From contig NC_043004.1 of the NCBI RefSeq assembly GCF_006345805.1, forward strand, positions 93,620,001 through 93,684,000: 64,000 nt of DNA, read 5' to 3'. How positions within the stretch are numbered: position 1 is the stretch's first letter; each line of letters begins with the position of its first letter. The notes beneath the pieces were generated by a model. It made no database searches, was not told the origin of the DNA, and worked only from the letters and a program-made list of their open reading frames with translations. The stretch comes from Octopus sinensis (Eukaryota). Shown here piece by piece: positions 63,821 to 64,000 of the stretch. The translations under genes were made by a program, and so were the position numbers.

Positions 63821-64000
63821 CTGCAAAATATGAAACATTAATTAGTTTGTCGGCGGCAGTGGCATGGGTTAGACAATTTGACTGGAGCTAATAAAAATGG
63901 AGAGTTGCAACAGGTTCCAGTCTGATTTGGCATTATTTCTACAGCTGGATGCCCTTCCTAACACCAATCACTCCAGGAGTGTAATGGGTGCTTTTACGTA

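Overview
AT-rich, repeat-dense animal DNA. The repeat families and the 5S rRNA sequence point to an octopus or other coleoid cephalopod (inference from memory, not a database result). The whole window appears to lie inside one minus-strand gene, a DOCK-C family guanine-nucleotide exchange factor (DOCK7-like; DOCK6/7/8 group). I traced 21 GT-AG exons from 63820 down to 18904 that join in matching phases into 3150 nt (1050 codons) with no stop, covering the DHR-1 (C2-type) domain and the region after it. The start codon and the DHR-2 domain lie outside the window. Introns carry tRNA-derived SINEs, 5'-truncated RTE and CR1-like LINEs, TTAA-flanked piggyBac-like MITEs, a hAT MITE, a TA-flanked MITE, a decayed mariner, Helitrons, a solo LTR, a 5S rRNA copy and microsatellites. 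Most ORFs in the supplied track are repeat or microsatellite noise. There is no prokaryotic system or CRISPR array. The best leads are (1) a cluster of frame-preserving candidate microexons in the >18.9 kb intron after the FEYK exon, plus one at 58341-58370, and (2) several long intronic fold-backs that would make the pre-mRNA double-stranded, including an 87-bp palindrome and a head-to-head repeat containing a tRNA-Thr-like sequence. Both leads need RNA-seq confirmation.
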